Positions 11,339-22,303 of a DNA stretch of 64,000 nucleotides are shown piece after piece (within the stretch, counting starts at the first letter, position 1; each line of letters begins with the position of its first letter). Below the pieces are notes generated by a model. It was not told the DNA's origin and ran no database searches. It saw nothing but the letters and a program-made list of their open reading frames with translations. The DNA comes from an uncultured delta proteobacterium (GTDB lineage: Bacteria > Desulfobacterota > WTBG01 > CAIYCZ01 > CAIRTM01), in contig CAWDSQ010000007.1 in assembly GCA_963804955.1 (NCBI GenBank), forward strand, positions 416,001-480,000, read 5' to 3'. The position numbers and the translations under genes are program-made.

Positions 11339-13099
11339 ATGAAAAAAGATATTCTGCTCAAAGGTATCGGCGCTTCCCCCGGCATAGTAATCGGCAAGGC
11401 GCTGATTGTGGAACATGGCAAACCCGATTTCACCCATTACCGCCTTGCAAATGACAAAGAAATCCGGGAAGAAATAGCCTCCCTGCACAAGGCCCTGGAA
11501 GATTCAAAAGCACAGCTGATCAAAACAAAAAAAGAGATCGGCAAGAAAAAAATCAAAGAGGCCCAGTACATTATTGACACGCATATACTTATCCTGCAGG
11601 ACAAAATTCTCTACAATGATGTGATCAAGCGCATACGGAGCGAAAAAGTTGATGCTGCCTGGGCGCTGAAAGCCACCATGGAGGAGCTGAAAAAAAGCGT
11701 TTTGAGCCTGGACGATGACTACATGCGCGAGCGCACCTCTGACCTTGAATATATCGAACGGCGCATTCTGCAGAACCTGGCGGGCAAAAAGGTTGATGTT
11801 GTGCCAAAGGTCTCGGACAAAAGCATCATCATCGCAAACGATCTGTCGCCTGCCGATACCGCCATTTTGAACGTAGCCGAAGTGCTCGGTTTCGTCATCG
11901 AATGCGGCGGAAAAACATCCCATACGGCCATTATGGCCCGGGCGCTCAGAATCCCGTCTGTTGTGGGCCTTAAGGACGCTCTGGCAAAAATTAAAAACGG
12001 CGATATGGTGATTGTCGACGGCACGCATGGCGTCATCATAGTCAATCCTGACGGCGAAACGCTGCTGAAATACAAGCAGAAAAAAGTGCAGCATGAGGAG
12101 TTTGAAAAGCGGCTCCTGCAGTACCGCGATCTTGCGGCGGAATCCGTCGATGGATTCAAAATCAGCCTGCTGGCAAACATAGAAATCGTCGAAGAGGTTG
12201 ACTCGGTCATGGACTATGGCGCCGACGGCATCGGGCTTTTCAGAACGGAGTTTCTCTACCTGAACAAAAAAGAGCTGCCGGCAGAGGAGGAGCTGTTTGA
12301 AATTTTTAAAAAAACAGTGCAGACCGTAGCGCCGCGGCCGGTTACCATACGCACCCTTGACATCGGCGGCGACAAATTCATGTCGCATGTTGATGTGGCA
12401 GAGGAGATGAACCCGGTCATGGGCCTGCGCGCCATACGGTTCTGCCTCAAGGAAATGACGATATTCAAGACGCAGCTGCGGGCCATTTTGCGTGCAAGCG
12501 CCTTCGGCAATGTGAGGATCATGTTTCCCATGATCTCCTGCGTCGACGAGGTGCTGCAGATCAAAAAAATCATGCGGGAAGTGAAAGCGCAGCTGAAAAA
12601 AGAAAAAAAGCCCTTCAATCCGGACATTCCCATCGGCATCATGGTCGAGGTGCCCTCATCGGCCACCATCGCCGACCTGCTTGCAAAAGAGGTGAGCTTT
12701 TTCAGCATCGGCACCAATGATCTTATCCAGTACCTGCTGGCCATAGACCGGGTCAATGAACAGGTGTCCTATCTGTATGAGCCTCTCCATCCGGCCGTGC
12801 TGCGCCTCTTGCGGCGCATCATCCAGGCGGCTCACGACAATGGCATACCGGTGGCCATGTGCGGCGAAATGGCGGGAGAATCCATGTATATTCCCATACT
12901 TCTGGGTCTGGGCATTGACGAGCTGAGCATGAACCCCATCGCCATCCTTGAGGCCAAAAAAGTGCTCAGGTCCATGCACTACCAGCGATGCCGGGAAGTG
13001 GTCGATCAGCTGTTTGCGTTCACGACAGCCGAAGACATAAAAAAATTCCTTAACCGGCAGACAAAAAAATATTTCCAAAAGAATGACCTTGACAATTAA
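11339..13099 (+). CDS. ptsI: PEP-protein phosphotransferase (PTS enzyme I)
   Basis: GGKTSHTAI phospho-His, GIGLFRTEFL, SIGTNDLIQY, MCGEMAG. Confidence 0.97.
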   Translation: MKKDILLKGIGASPGIVIGKALIVEHGKPDFTHYRLANDKEIREEIASLHKALEDSKAQLIKTKKEIGKKKIKEAQYIIDTHILILQDKILYNDVIKRIRSEKVDAAWALKATMEELKKSVLSLDDDYMRERTSDLEYIERRILQNLAGKKVDVVPKVSDKSIIIANDLSPADTAILNVAEVLGFVIECGGKTSHTAIMARALRIPSVVGLKDALAKIKNGDMVIVDGTHGVIIVNPDGETLLKYKQKKVQHEEFEKRLLQYRDLAAESVDGFKISLLANIEIVEEVDSVMDYGADGIGLFRTEFLYLNKKELPAEEELFEIFKKTVQTVAPRPVTIRTLDIGGDKFMSHVDVAEEMNPVMGLRAIRFCLKEMTIFKTQLRAILRASAFGNVRIMFPMISCVDEVLQIKKIMREVKAQLKKEKKPFNPDIPIGIMVEVPSSATIADLLAKEVSFFSIGTNDLIQYLLAIDRVNEQVSYLYEPLHPAVLRLLRRIIQAAHDNGIPVAMCGEMAGESMYIPILLGLGIDELSMNPIAILEAKKVLRSMHYQRCREVVDQLFAFTTAEDIKKFLNRQTKKYFQKNDLDN

Positions 13100-13277
13100 C
13101 CCAAAATAGCCAATATTATTGGATTATGCTTGACGAATACAGTTCTCAGGCAGGCTGTTCCAGGCAAAACCCGGCAGCATACCAGGCAGGCACGGAGACG
13201 GGCATCCCACGTGCCGCTTTTTCTTGTCGTGGCCGGCCATCAAAGCTGTCTTATCTTTTGCCGAAATAGTGCTTCCT

Positions 13278-15092
13278 ATGCAGGAAACCACATCCCAGTT
13301 CATCCCTGACGAAAAGATACGCGAGATTAGGGAAACAAGCAGCATCGTGGATGTCATTTCAGACTATATCGGTCTGAAAAAGGTGGGCATTAATCACAAG
13401 GGGCTGTGCCCCTTTCACAGTGAAAAGACCCCTTCGTTTTATGTTAATGAAAGCAAGCGGTTTTTTCACTGTTTCGGTTGCGGCACCAGCGGCGATATCT
13501 TCGCCTTTCTCATGAAGCATGATAATTTGAGCTTCGCCGAAGCCGCCCGCCTTCTGGCCAAACGCTATGGGATACACCTGCCTGAAAAGCCGCTGAACAG
13601 CCTCGAACGTCAGCGCCTGAGCGAACGGGAGTCTTTCTTCAGCATCAATGAAGCCGTTGCGCAGCTGTATCACCGGCTGCTGCTCAATGACCCGCGCGCC
13701 GGCAGGGCTCGCGCCTATCTTGCGCAGCGCGGCTTAGAGGCAGCGGTTATAGAGGATTTCTGTATAGGCTTCGCGCCGGACAGCTGGGACACGGTTGTGC
13801 AGCACCTGAAAAGCACGTCCCATTCAGCGCCGCTGGCAGCCAAGCTTGGCCTGATTGTCAGCAAGAGCGGCGGGCAGTACTATGACCGGTTCCGCAACCG
13901 GATACTGTTCCCGATCTGGAACGCATCGCGCAATATTATCGGTTTTGGCGGGCGGATAATCGATCAGGGAGAACCAAAATACCTGAATTCTCCCGAATCT
14001 GTGGTATATAATAAGAGACAGAATCTCTATGGCCTGCAGAGCGCAGGGCAGCATATTCAAAAGGAAGGCGCCGCCATTATAGTCGAAGGGTATCTCGACG
14101 TTCTGACGCTGCATCAGGCCGGCATAAAAAATACGGTCGCCGCTCTGGGCACGGCCCTGACGGAATACCAGATACAGCTGCTCAAGCGCTACACCGGGGA
14201 CATTATAACCGTTTTTGACGCGGACCCGGCCGGCGAAAAGGCCATGGCGCGCAGCATGGAGCCGTTTCTCAACAACGGCATTTCACCCCGGGTTATTGTG
14301 CTGCCCAGGGGCGAAGACCCTGACAGCTTTGTGCGCACACAGGGCGGGGCGGCGTTTCGGGAGAAAATAGCCGGAGCGGGGTTCCTGCTGGATTTTGTCA
14401 TTGAACGGATCATTGCCCGGCATGATATCGCCTCACCGCGCGGCAAAGTTTCCGTTTGCGATGAAGCCGCCCTGCTGCTGAAGCAGCTTGCGGACCCGAT
14501 GGAGCGCGACCTGTATGAGCAGAAAATAGCGCGGCGCATCGGTGTAAGCCACAACCAGATACGCTCCCGCGGCGCCGGCGCCACGGCACACAAAGCAGCT
14601 GCTCAGGCAGCGCCGCAGCGCCAAGAAAGTGCTACAGGTTCGGCTGAAAATGCCGAGATATTAATACTAAAGATACTGATTGCGCACCCTGATTTTATCG
14701 GGCGCATCGAAGAAAATATTTTCGCTGACTTTACGCAGCCGGGTTTGAAACAGCTCGGGCTTTTTATACTATCGTCATTCCGGCAGGCAGGCGCGCTTGA
14801 CATTCCGCAGCTTGTCGAAAGCATCGAGGGCCAGCCGATGCAGCGGCTCCTTGCACAGGCGGCATTTTTTGAAAATCCGCCGGGCGACCCGGCCAAGGCC
14901 CTGGATGACTGCATGCGGACGGTTCGCCTGCAAAGGCTGGCCGGAGAAAAAAAGCGGGTCGGCATGCTGCTGAAGCAGGCTGAGGCGGCCCGCGACGAAG
15001 CTGCATCCGTTGACTACCAGCATCAATACGTACAGCTTGTTGAAGAACAGAAACAGATAACCAGGGGCGCCGTGCATTTTCTTCAGGGCTGA
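13278..15092 (+). CDS. dnaG: DNA primase
   Basis: CPFH...CFGC zinc finger, PKYLNSPE, EGYLD, DAD TOPRIM; upstream of rpoD. Confidence 0.98.
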   Translation: MQETTSQFIPDEKIREIRETSSIVDVISDYIGLKKVGINHKGLCPFHSEKTPSFYVNESKRFFHCFGCGTSGDIFAFLMKHDNLSFAEAARLLAKRYGIHLPEKPLNSLERQRLSERESFFSINEAVAQLYHRLLLNDPRAGRARAYLAQRGLEAAVIEDFCIGFAPDSWDTVVQHLKSTSHSAPLAAKLGLIVSKSGGQYYDRFRNRILFPIWNASRNIIGFGGRIIDQGEPKYLNSPESVVYNKRQNLYGLQSAGQHIQKEGAAIIVEGYLDVLTLHQAGIKNTVAALGTALTEYQIQLLKRYTGDIITVFDADPAGEKAMARSMEPFLNNGISPRVIVLPRGEDPDSFVRTQGGAAFREKIAGAGFLLDFVIERIIARHDIASPRGKVSVCDEAALLLKQLADPMERDLYEQKIARRIGVSHNQIRSRGAGATAHKAAAQAAPQRQESATGSAENAEILILKILIAHPDFIGRIEENIFADFTQPGLKQLGLFILSSFRQAGALDIPQLVESIEGQPMQRLLAQAAFFENPPGDPAKALDDCMRTVRLQRLAGEKKRVGMLLKQAEAARDEAASVDYQHQYVQLVEEQKQITRGAVHFLQG

Positions 15093-15107
15093 TAAGGAGA
15101 CGACTTA

Positions 15108-16859
15108 ATGGGAAGAAAACCAAAAATTGAGCAGGTCAAGCAGCTCATCGACATAGGCAAGGAAAAAGGCTTCCTGACCTATGATGAAGTCAATGACGTG
15201 CTGCCCCCCGAGATGGTGTCTCCCGACCAGATCGATGAGCTGATGCTCATGTTCGGTGAATTGGATATCGAAATCGTTGACTCGACCCAGAACGTGCGCC
15301 TGCAGCAGCGCAAGGTCGGGAAAATCGTTCAGGGGGAAGACGAGCCCGTCGAAGAAAAAGACCTGTACGGAAAAATCAACGACCCCGTGCGCATGTATCT
15401 CAAGGAAATGGGCTCGGTATCGCTTCTGTCGCGTGAAGAAGAAGTCGAAATCGCCAAGCGTATTGAAGACGGCGAAAACGAAGTGCTGAGCGTTGTTTTC
15501 AATTCGCCCATCATCATTCAAGGCGTTCTGGGCCTTGGCGATCTGCTGAAAAAAGGCACCCGCTCCATCTGTGACATCATCGCCGACCTTGACGATGAGG
15601 ACAATGAGATCGACGAGGAAAGCTACGGCTCCGTCTTCCTTGAGCAGGTCGAGCGCATCAGAAAAATCTACAATGAGAACCTGCGGCATGAAAACGCCCT
15701 TGCTACGAAAAAAGACCTGACGGAAACGCGGAAAAAAAATATCCGGCAAAAAATTGAGGGCAACAAGGAAGACATCTATGCTGTGCTGCAGGAAATGAAT
15801 CTCAAGAGAAAATATCTTGAGAAGACGGTCGCGCGGCTCCGGGAATTTCTCCAGCAGGTCGACAAGCTGGAGCGCCAGATCATACACTGCTGCAAAAAGG
15901 TCGGCCTTGACACCAAGGATATACGCCGCTTCATCCGCCTGGGCAAGGACAGCAAGGATGAGCAGCGCAAGATCAAGCGTAAGACGGGCGTCAGCGTAGC
16001 CGAACTGCAGGAGCTTGACAAGGAAATACGAGGCCTCTCCCGGCAGATACGCGAAATTGAAAAACAGGCGGACCTTTCCATCGACGGGCTCAAGGACGCC
16101 ATCGACCAGATCGACCGCGGCGAGCTCAAGGCAAAGACGGCAAAAGACGAGCTTGTGCGCTCGAACCTGCGGCTGGTGGTCAGCCTGGCAAAAAAGTATA
16201 CCAACCGGGGACTCCAGTTTCTGGACCTTATTCAGGAAGGCAATATCGGCCTGATTAAAGCCGTGGAAAAATTCGAATATCAGCGGGGCTATAAGTTCAG
16301 CACGTATGCCACCTGGTGGATACGGCAGGCCATAACCCGCGCCATTGCCGATCAGGCCCGGACGATCCGCATCCCGGTTCACATGATTGAGACCATCAAC
16401 AAGCTGATCAGGACATCGCGCTACCTCGTTCAGGAGAACGGCCGCGAGCCCCTGCCCGAAGAGATCGCCGAAAAAATGGAGCTGCCGCTTGAAAAAGTGC
16501 GCAAGGTTCTGAAAATCGCCAAGGAGCCCATTTCTCTTGAGACGCCCATCGGCGAAGAGGAAGACAGCCATCTCGGAGACTTCATCGAAGATAAAAAAAT
16601 ACTCAACCCACTGGACAGCGTAACCTACCAGAACCTCTCCGAGCAGACGCAGTCGGTGCTTTCGACACTGACGCCGCGCGAAGAGAAGGTGCTGCGGCTG
16701 CGGTTCGGCATTGGGGAAAAAGCCGACCATACTCTTGAGGAGGTCGGCAAGGATTTTGATGTGACCCGCGAGCGCATTCGCCAGATCGAAGCCAAGGCCC
16801 TGCGCAAACTGCGACATCCGATCCGGAACAAGAAGCTTAAAAGTTTTGTTGAATATTAA
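15108..16859 (+). CDS. rpoD: RNA polymerase primary sigma factor
   Basis: [48 protein letters not shown]. Confidence 0.99.
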   Translation: MGRKPKIEQVKQLIDIGKEKGFLTYDEVNDVLPPEMVSPDQIDELMLMFGELDIEIVDSTQNVRLQQRKVGKIVQGEDEPVEEKDLYGKINDPVRMYLKEMGSVSLLSREEEVEIAKRIEDGENEVLSVVFNSPIIIQGVLGLGDLLKKGTRSICDIIADLDDEDNEIDEESYGSVFLEQVERIRKIYNENLRHENALATKKDLTETRKKNIRQKIEGNKEDIYAVLQEMNLKRKYLEKTVARLREFLQQVDKLERQIIHCCKKVGLDTKDIRRFIRLGKDSKDEQRKIKRKTGVSVAELQELDKEIRGLSRQIREIEKQADLSIDGLKDAIDQIDRGELKAKTAKDELVRSNLRLVVSLAKKYTNRGLQFLDLIQEGNIGLIKAVEKFEYQRGYKFSTYATWWIRQAITRAIADQARTIRIPVHMIETINKLIRTSRYLVQENGREPLPEEIAEKMELPLEKVRKVLKIAKEPISLETPIGEEEDSHLGDFIEDKKILNPLDSVTYQNLSEQTQSVLSTLTPREEKVLRLRFGIGEKADHTLEEVGKDFDVTRERIRQIEAKALRKLRHPIRNKKLKSFVEY

Positions 16860-16870
16860 TTGTGTGGTGC

Positions 16871-16946
16871 GGGCTCATAGCTCAGCTGGTAGAGCCTCCG
16901 GCTCATAACCGGGTGGTCCCAGGTTCGAATCCTGGTGAGCCCACCA
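16871..16946 (+). tRNA. tRNA with CAT anticodon (probably tRNA-Ile2)
   Basis: Cloverleaf GGGCTCA...TGAGCCC-ACCA, loop CTCATAA; paired 1-72 excludes initiator; Ile2 versus elongator Met is inference. Confidence 0.9.
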
Positions 16947-17093
16947 CTTTTTTCATTGCGCGACACATGCATAAAAAAAGACTTTTGACAATTATACCTG
17001 TGCAGTGCGCGTGCGCTTGACAAAAATGCACCCCGGTAAGGGGTGCATTTTTTTATGCCCGACTATGAAAGCTATTCGTCAAAGGAGGCCTCA

Positions 17094-17831
17094 GTGAAAG
17101 AGCAGATCGCTATTCTGTACAAAATTCAGAAAATAGATGCCGTCATCAAAAGCTCGGAAGAGCTCAAAAAACGCTCCGCTGAAGAGATGCAGGCAGCTGA
17201 ATCATCCTACCGTAAAGCCGAGGCTCAGCATCAAACGGTTCAGGACCATGTTGCATCTTTTGAAAAGCAGCGCCGCGACCGGGAGCGGGACCTCGGTGAA
17301 GCCCAGGGCCAGAAAAAAAAGGTTGAAGAGCGGCTCATGTCGATCAAGACCAACAAGGAATATCAGGCCGCCCTGCACGAAATAGACACCATCAAGGCCC
17401 TTATCAAGGAAAAAGAGGATTTGATTCTTGAGAGCATGGACGGCATGGAGGCGGCAAAGGCCGAGCTGAAAAAATCCGAGGCCGAGCTGGCAAGGGCCAG
17501 GGGCGTCTTCGAGGAGAAAAAGCGGCAGATTGAAGTTGAGCTCAAAGCCTATCTGGACGATGTTGACCGGCAGCGCCGGGAGCGGGATGATCTCACCCGG
17601 CAGATGGCGCCCGACATCTTTACCGACTACCAGCGGCTTATGAAGTCTAAAAACGGCAGGGCCGTGGCGGTTGTGACATTCGAGCAGTGCATGGGCTGCA
17701 GCATGAAAATCCCGGCACAGATATACAATGAGGTCATGCTCGGGGAAACAATCAAGTTCTGCCCTCACTGCGCCCGCATCCTGCTCGTGGACCTCGGAGA
17801 AGGAGCTGCCGCGGACCAGTTCTCCTGCTGA
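17094..17831 (+). CDS. Coiled-coil protein with C4 zinc ribbon (CT398/DUF164 family)
   Basis: KTNKEYQAALHEI, CMGC...CPHCARIL; GGAGG RBS before GTG. Confidence 0.9.
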   Translation: MKEQIAILYKIQKIDAVIKSSEELKKRSAEEMQAAESSYRKAEAQHQTVQDHVASFEKQRRDRERDLGEAQGQKKKVEERLMSIKTNKEYQAALHEIDTIKALIKEKEDLILESMDGMEAAKAELKKSEAELARARGVFEEKKRQIEVELKAYLDDVDRQRRERDDLTRQMAPDIFTDYQRLMKSKNGRAVAVVTFEQCMGCSMKIPAQIYNEVMLGETIKFCPHCARILLVDLGEGAAADQFSC

Positions 17832-17917
17832 CAGGACCGCCGCGTATCCTGCTTGAACACCAGTATCTCTGCAGGCACAGAGCCGCCGCGGAGAGCATCA
17901 CTGTCATGGAGCCAGCT

Positions 17918-20581
17918 ATGTCTCTCACCCCCATGCTGCAGCAGTACCAGACCATCCGCAAGACCCTCGCGCGGGACACCATACTGTTCTTCCGCCTCGG
18001 TGATTTTTATGAAATGTTTTTCGAAGATGCAAAAACCGCATCGGCCATTCTCGATATAACGCTTACGGGGCGCGACGGCGGGCAGGACAGCCGCATCCCC
18101 ATGTGCGGCGTGCCCTACCATGCGGCCCAGGGGTACATTAACCGCCTCACCCGCGCGGGCCTGAAAGTAGCCGTCTGCGACCAGGTGGAAGACCCCAAGC
18201 TCGCCAAAGGAATCGTCAAACGTGAAATAGTTCGCATGGTAACCCCTGCCACCAACCTTGAGGACGACACCGCCGAGGCCGGGCAGTTCAACTATATAGC
18301 CGCGGTCTGCCAGAATAAAAAAAGCTTCGGCCTTTCCTATCTTGACCTCGGAACGGGCGAGTTTCGCGTGGGCGAGTTCGCAGGAGCCCATGAGCTGGAA
18401 GATGAGCTCCTTCGGCTCAGCCCGAAAGAATGCGTCATGCCTGCGAAATTCGACAAAGCCCTGCTGAGGCTTTTTCTCAAGTCGCACAATCCGGTGCTCA
18501 ACGAATACGAGGACTGGATATTTGACCTCGCGGAGGCGCAGAAGCGCATCCGTGACCAGTTCCGCGTTGCAGCCCTTGCAAGCTTCGGCATTGAAGGGCT
18601 TCCTGCCGGCATCGCAGCAGCCGGCGCCCTGCTCTATTATCTGAAGGATAATCTGCACAAGTCCCTGGAGCATCTGCGCATTCCCATTTCGCTGCAGCAG
18701 ACACGCTTCATGGTTCTTGACAAACAGACGGTGCGCAATCTTGAGCTTGTCAGCTCATCCTCGGGAGACCGGAACGCCACCCTGTACAGCATCCTTGACC
18801 GCACGATAACGCCCATGGGCGGCAGGCTTCTCACGCAGTGGATTTCACGTCCCCTGCTTGACCCGCACCGCATCAATGAGCGGCTCCAGGCGGTTGAGGA
18901 GCTGACCGCTGCAAAAGACGAACTTCACCGGTTGCGGCAGCACCTGCAGCCGGTGCGGGATCTTGAGCGGCTGCTGGCGAGGCTGAACTGCGGCACGCCC
19001 TCGGCCCGCGACATCACTGCTTTAGGCAGCTCTCTGAGGGCAGTGCCGCTGCTGAAAGAGAGCCTCGCGGCCCTGCATGCCGGTTTAGCCAAAGTCCAGC
19101 AGGAAAATCTCTGCGAGCTGACCGGCCTTGTCGAAACCATCGAGCGGGCCTTTGTCGACATGCCGCCCTTTGGCGTGCGCGATGGCGGCTTCGTGCGCGA
19201 CGGCTACAGCCCGGAGCTTGACCAGCTGCGCGGCATTTCCACACATGCAAAGGACTTTATCGCCGATCTGCAGCGCCGCGAGATCGAGGCAACCGGCATC
19301 AAGTCCCTCAAAATAAAATACAACAGGGTTTTCGGCTATTACATTGACATCACCAATGCCAATCTCTCCCAGGTGCCCATCACCTATGTGCGCAAGCAGA
19401 CGCTGGTGAATTCCGAACGCTTCATCATACCGGAGCTGAAGGAGTACGAGGAAAAAATACTGGGCGCCGAAGAAAAAGCCCATGAGCTTGAGTACGCATT
19501 ATTCGAAGAGGTGCGGCAGCTCGTGCTGGCCCATATCGCCGACATACAGCGCACGGCCTCTGCCGTGGCAGTGATCGATGTGCTTGCATCGCTGGCCGCG
19601 GCGGCGCTTACCAATCATTTCTCAAAGCCGGAGGTCTCCGGCAGCGATACGGTCTATATTGCCGGCGGCCGGCACCCCGTGGTCGAGCAGATGCTCGAGG
19701 GTGAAGCCTTTGTGGACAATGACGTGCTGCTCAATGGCGGCGACAGCCAGCTGCTCATCATCACCGGCCCCAACATGGCGGGAAAATCAACCTATATCCG
19801 CCAGGTGGGCATCATCGTGCTCATGGCGCAGATGGGCTCTTTTGTTCCTGCGCGCGTTGCGCGCATCGGCGTTGTGGACAGGGTTTTCTCCCGCATCGGC
19901 GCATCAGACAACCTTGCCCGCGGCGAGAGCACCTTCATGGTTGAGATGATCGAAACGGCAAACATTCTGCACAATGCCACATCCCGCAGCCTGCTCGTAT
20001 TCGACGAAATCGGCCGCGGGACCTCCACCTTCGACGGGCTGAGCATTGCCTGGTCGGTCTGCGAATATCTCACCCGGAAAAACTTCAGGCCGAAGTGCCT
20101 GTTTGCCACCCACTATCATGAGCTGACCGAGCTTGCCGATCACCGTGCCGGCATCCAAAACTTCAATGTGACGGTCAAGGAAATCAAGGACAGCATCCTG
20201 TTCCTGCGCAAAGTCGTGCCGGGAGGGGCCGACCGCAGCTACGGCATCCATGTCGGCAAACTTGCCGGGCTTCCGTCCGAGATTATCGAGCGCGCCGAAG
20301 AGGTTCTTTTATGCCTTGAGGAAGAAAAAATATCCGAGGACTCAATCACCCTGATTCTAAAAAAGAAAAAAGGCGGCGCCTCCCTCTATGACCTGCCCCT
20401 TTTCAAGCCCCTGAAAGCAGATGCCCCCAACCCCGCTTCGGCCGTGCAGACGGTCTATGAAAAGCACCCGCTGCTTGAGGAGCTGCGCAGCCTCGACACC
20501 AACAGCATCACCCCCCTTGACGCCCTCACACAACTTGCCCGGTGGAAAAAAAAGCTTGATGAGAGCCCGGATGCCAACTGA
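17918..20581 (+). CDS. mutS: DNA mismatch repair protein MutS
   Basis: TPMLQQY, GDFYEMF, TGPNMAGKSTY, STFMVEM, DEIGRGTST, SYGIHVG. Confidence 0.99.
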   Translation: MSLTPMLQQYQTIRKTLARDTILFFRLGDFYEMFFEDAKTASAILDITLTGRDGGQDSRIPMCGVPYHAAQGYINRLTRAGLKVAVCDQVEDPKLAKGIVKREIVRMVTPATNLEDDTAEAGQFNYIAAVCQNKKSFGLSYLDLGTGEFRVGEFAGAHELEDELLRLSPKECVMPAKFDKALLRLFLKSHNPVLNEYEDWIFDLAEAQKRIRDQFRVAALASFGIEGLPAGIAAAGALLYYLKDNLHKSLEHLRIPISLQQTRFMVLDKQTVRNLELVSSSSGDRNATLYSILDRTITPMGGRLLTQWISRPLLDPHRINERLQAVEELTAAKDELHRLRQHLQPVRDLERLLARLNCGTPSARDITALGSSLRAVPLLKESLAALHAGLAKVQQENLCELTGLVETIERAFVDMPPFGVRDGGFVRDGYSPELDQLRGISTHAKDFIADLQRREIEATGIKSLKIKYNRVFGYYIDITNANLSQVPITYVRKQTLVNSERFIIPELKEYEEKILGAEEKAHELEYALFEEVRQLVLAHIADIQRTASAVAVIDVLASLAAAALTNHFSKPEVSGSDTVYIAGGRHPVVEQMLEGEAFVDNDVLLNGGDSQLLIITGPNMAGKSTYIRQVGIIVLMAQMGSFVPARVARIGVVDRVFSRIGASDNLARGESTFMVEMIETANILHNATSRSLLVFDEIGRGTSTFDGLSIAWSVCEYLTRKNFRPKCLFATHYHELTELADHRAGIQNFNVTVKEIKDSILFLRKVVPGGADRSYGIHVGKLAGLPSEIIERAEEVLLCLEEEKISEDSITLILKKKKGGASLYDLPLFKPLKADAPNPASAVQTVYEKHPLLEELRSLDTNSITPLDALTQLARWKKKLDESPDAN

Positions 20582-20966
20582 TCATCGCATTGTGCAAGAT
20601 CATGCCGGTCTTTTCAGGCGGCTGGCGCAGTCATCATTCAGATCAAAATTCAAACTCTCACAAGCCGATAGTGCCTACATTGCCGCCAAAGGCATCGAAA
20701 CCATCAAAAATCACGCTGCCGATTTCATCGCCAGCCGCATAGCCCCTGCCGGGCCGCGCAATGACGGGAAGCAGACCCCGATGCGCGGCCACCCCGTCTT
20801 CAAAGCCCAGCATGCCACCGCCACCTGCTGCCGTGGCTGCATTGCAAAATGGCATGGCATTACAGAGGGCCGGGAATTGTCAGCGGCAGAGCAGCTCTAT
20901 CTTGTTGCCATCATTATTGCGTGGATAGAGCTGCAGATATACAGCAGCTCTTCAGGCATGACATGA
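20571..20966 (+). CDS. DUF4186 family protein
   Basis: FRSKFKL, NDGKQTPMRGHPVFKAQHATATCCRGC; overlaps mutS stop. Confidence 0.88.
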   Translation: MPTDHRIVQDHAGLFRRLAQSSFRSKFKLSQADSAYIAAKGIETIKNHAADFIASRIAPAGPRNDGKQTPMRGHPVFKAQHATATCCRGCIAKWHGITEGRELSAAEQLYLVAIIIAWIELQIYSSSSGMT

Positions 20967-21040
20967 GGTCAGGGATCCTGCTGGGAACGTTTTCCTCAAT
21001 ACCGTAGCCTGCATAAAAAACCGTCTGCCGAAAACCCTCT

Positions 21041-21161
21041 CCGTTCGCCCTGCATCCTGAGCCTGTCAAAGTGCCCTGCATCCTGAGCCTGTCGAAGGAG
21101 CGAAGGGCGGCTTTCCGTTCATGGTTCGACACTTCGTCAAGCCGGGATTCACCACGAACGG
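21041..21161. repeat. REP-like palindromic element (CCGTTCGCCCTGAGCCTGTCGAAGG family)
   Basis: Related copies at 32015-32088 and 33454-33549 (inverted); internal tandem duplication of GCCCTGCATCCTGAGCCTGTC. Confidence 0.8.
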
Positions 21162-21697
21162 GCTTGCCATGCAGAAAGAATGCGCCTGCAATTAATTGGA
21201 GCATTCTCTTATCAGTCAGGCGCACTCTATAATGAGGCACAGAGCATATAAAGCCCGCTCTCACGCCTCAGCTCGTCCCCGCGTCGCCTTATCCGCTTTT
21301 CACATCCGCCCGCGGAGCTTCATATGGTTATTGCAAAATATTCCTATTTGTAAAAAAGCCGTGAAATAATTTTTTTTCGTGCTACATGAAATGTATCAAC
21401 ACCAATTATCAGCGAAAAGGGAAAATACGTGCTGCTTATTCAGAAGCTTGAAAAACTGCCGGCTTGACTCTCCTGCAGTTCCCGAATAAGGACATTCAGC
21501 AACAGTACCGTAGCATCTCCTGTAACGCAGGCGCTTTTGCGCTTTCTTTTGGGGCAGTCTGCGGAAACAGCAAAGGACCGCAGATGTGCGAGGCTGTTTG
21601 CACACGTTCACTGCAACACCTGTACCTTTTGCAAACGCAAACAAGTCGAGCCGGGATAGCTGGTTAATCCGGTAAGGCATAAAGAGGACCTCCACCC

Positions 21698-22108
21698 ATG
21701 CAAACATACATGTGCAACAAACGGCAAACCAACAGGCATGCCATAGAAATCCCTGCCTTAGCAGACACGGTTTGGGAGGAAAGAGTACCCGTCCAGCTGA
21801 AAAATCTCAGCACGAGCGGTGCTTATTTTACGGCAAAAGCACCTTTTAAACGAGGTACGAAGGTGGCGGTGACCTGCATTATATGCTTTCTGCCCCTCAT
21901 GCCAGGCCTGTGTTTGCCGCGTTTGCAGGGCATGGTTGTCCGGGAAGACCGCGACGGTTTTGCTATTCTGCTGCAAAAAAACCATATTATTTCTTTTGCT
22001 GACTTCGGACATTTTGGCGCTCTTTTCCTAAAAAACCCGCTGCCGTGTCCGCTTTACACATCCGGTCCCTGGGGTCCTGATGTTTTTAAAAATAGTCCTA
22101 TGACGTAG
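21698..22108 (+). CDS. PilZ-domain protein
   Basis: RxxxR (RQTNR) and NxSxxG (NLSTSG) motifs, GMVVR. Confidence 0.75.
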   Translation: MQTYMCNKRQTNRHAIEIPALADTVWEERVPVQLKNLSTSGAYFTAKAPFKRGTKVAVTCIICFLPLMPGLCLPRLQGMVVREDRDGFAILLQKNHIISFADFGHFGALFLKNPLPCPLYTSGPWGPDVFKNSPMT

Positions 22109-22303
22109 ACAAACCATGAAACACTTTTTTTCTGTGCTGCAGGTAGCCTATCAACGGCCAGTATAGGTCAGCAGCCACCCGCATAGCGGATGGCTTGCTT
22201 GCGTCCTGAAAGAGCTTAAGCATAAACACGCGGTGTTTGCGGTGCATTCTTCAGGAACCATAGGCGATGGTTTTGTGCAGACAATAAAAAGGATGGAAAC
22301 CGA

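Noticed and set aside
13125..13225. Possible ncRNA/riboswitch upstream of dnaG
   Set aside because: Only a GGCACG/CGTGCC hairpin with a T-run; simplest reading is the ptsI terminator
15105..16817. 570-aa minus-strand ORF and similar long antisense ORFs over ptsI, fusA and tal
   Set aside because: Codon-bias shadows of well-supported genes
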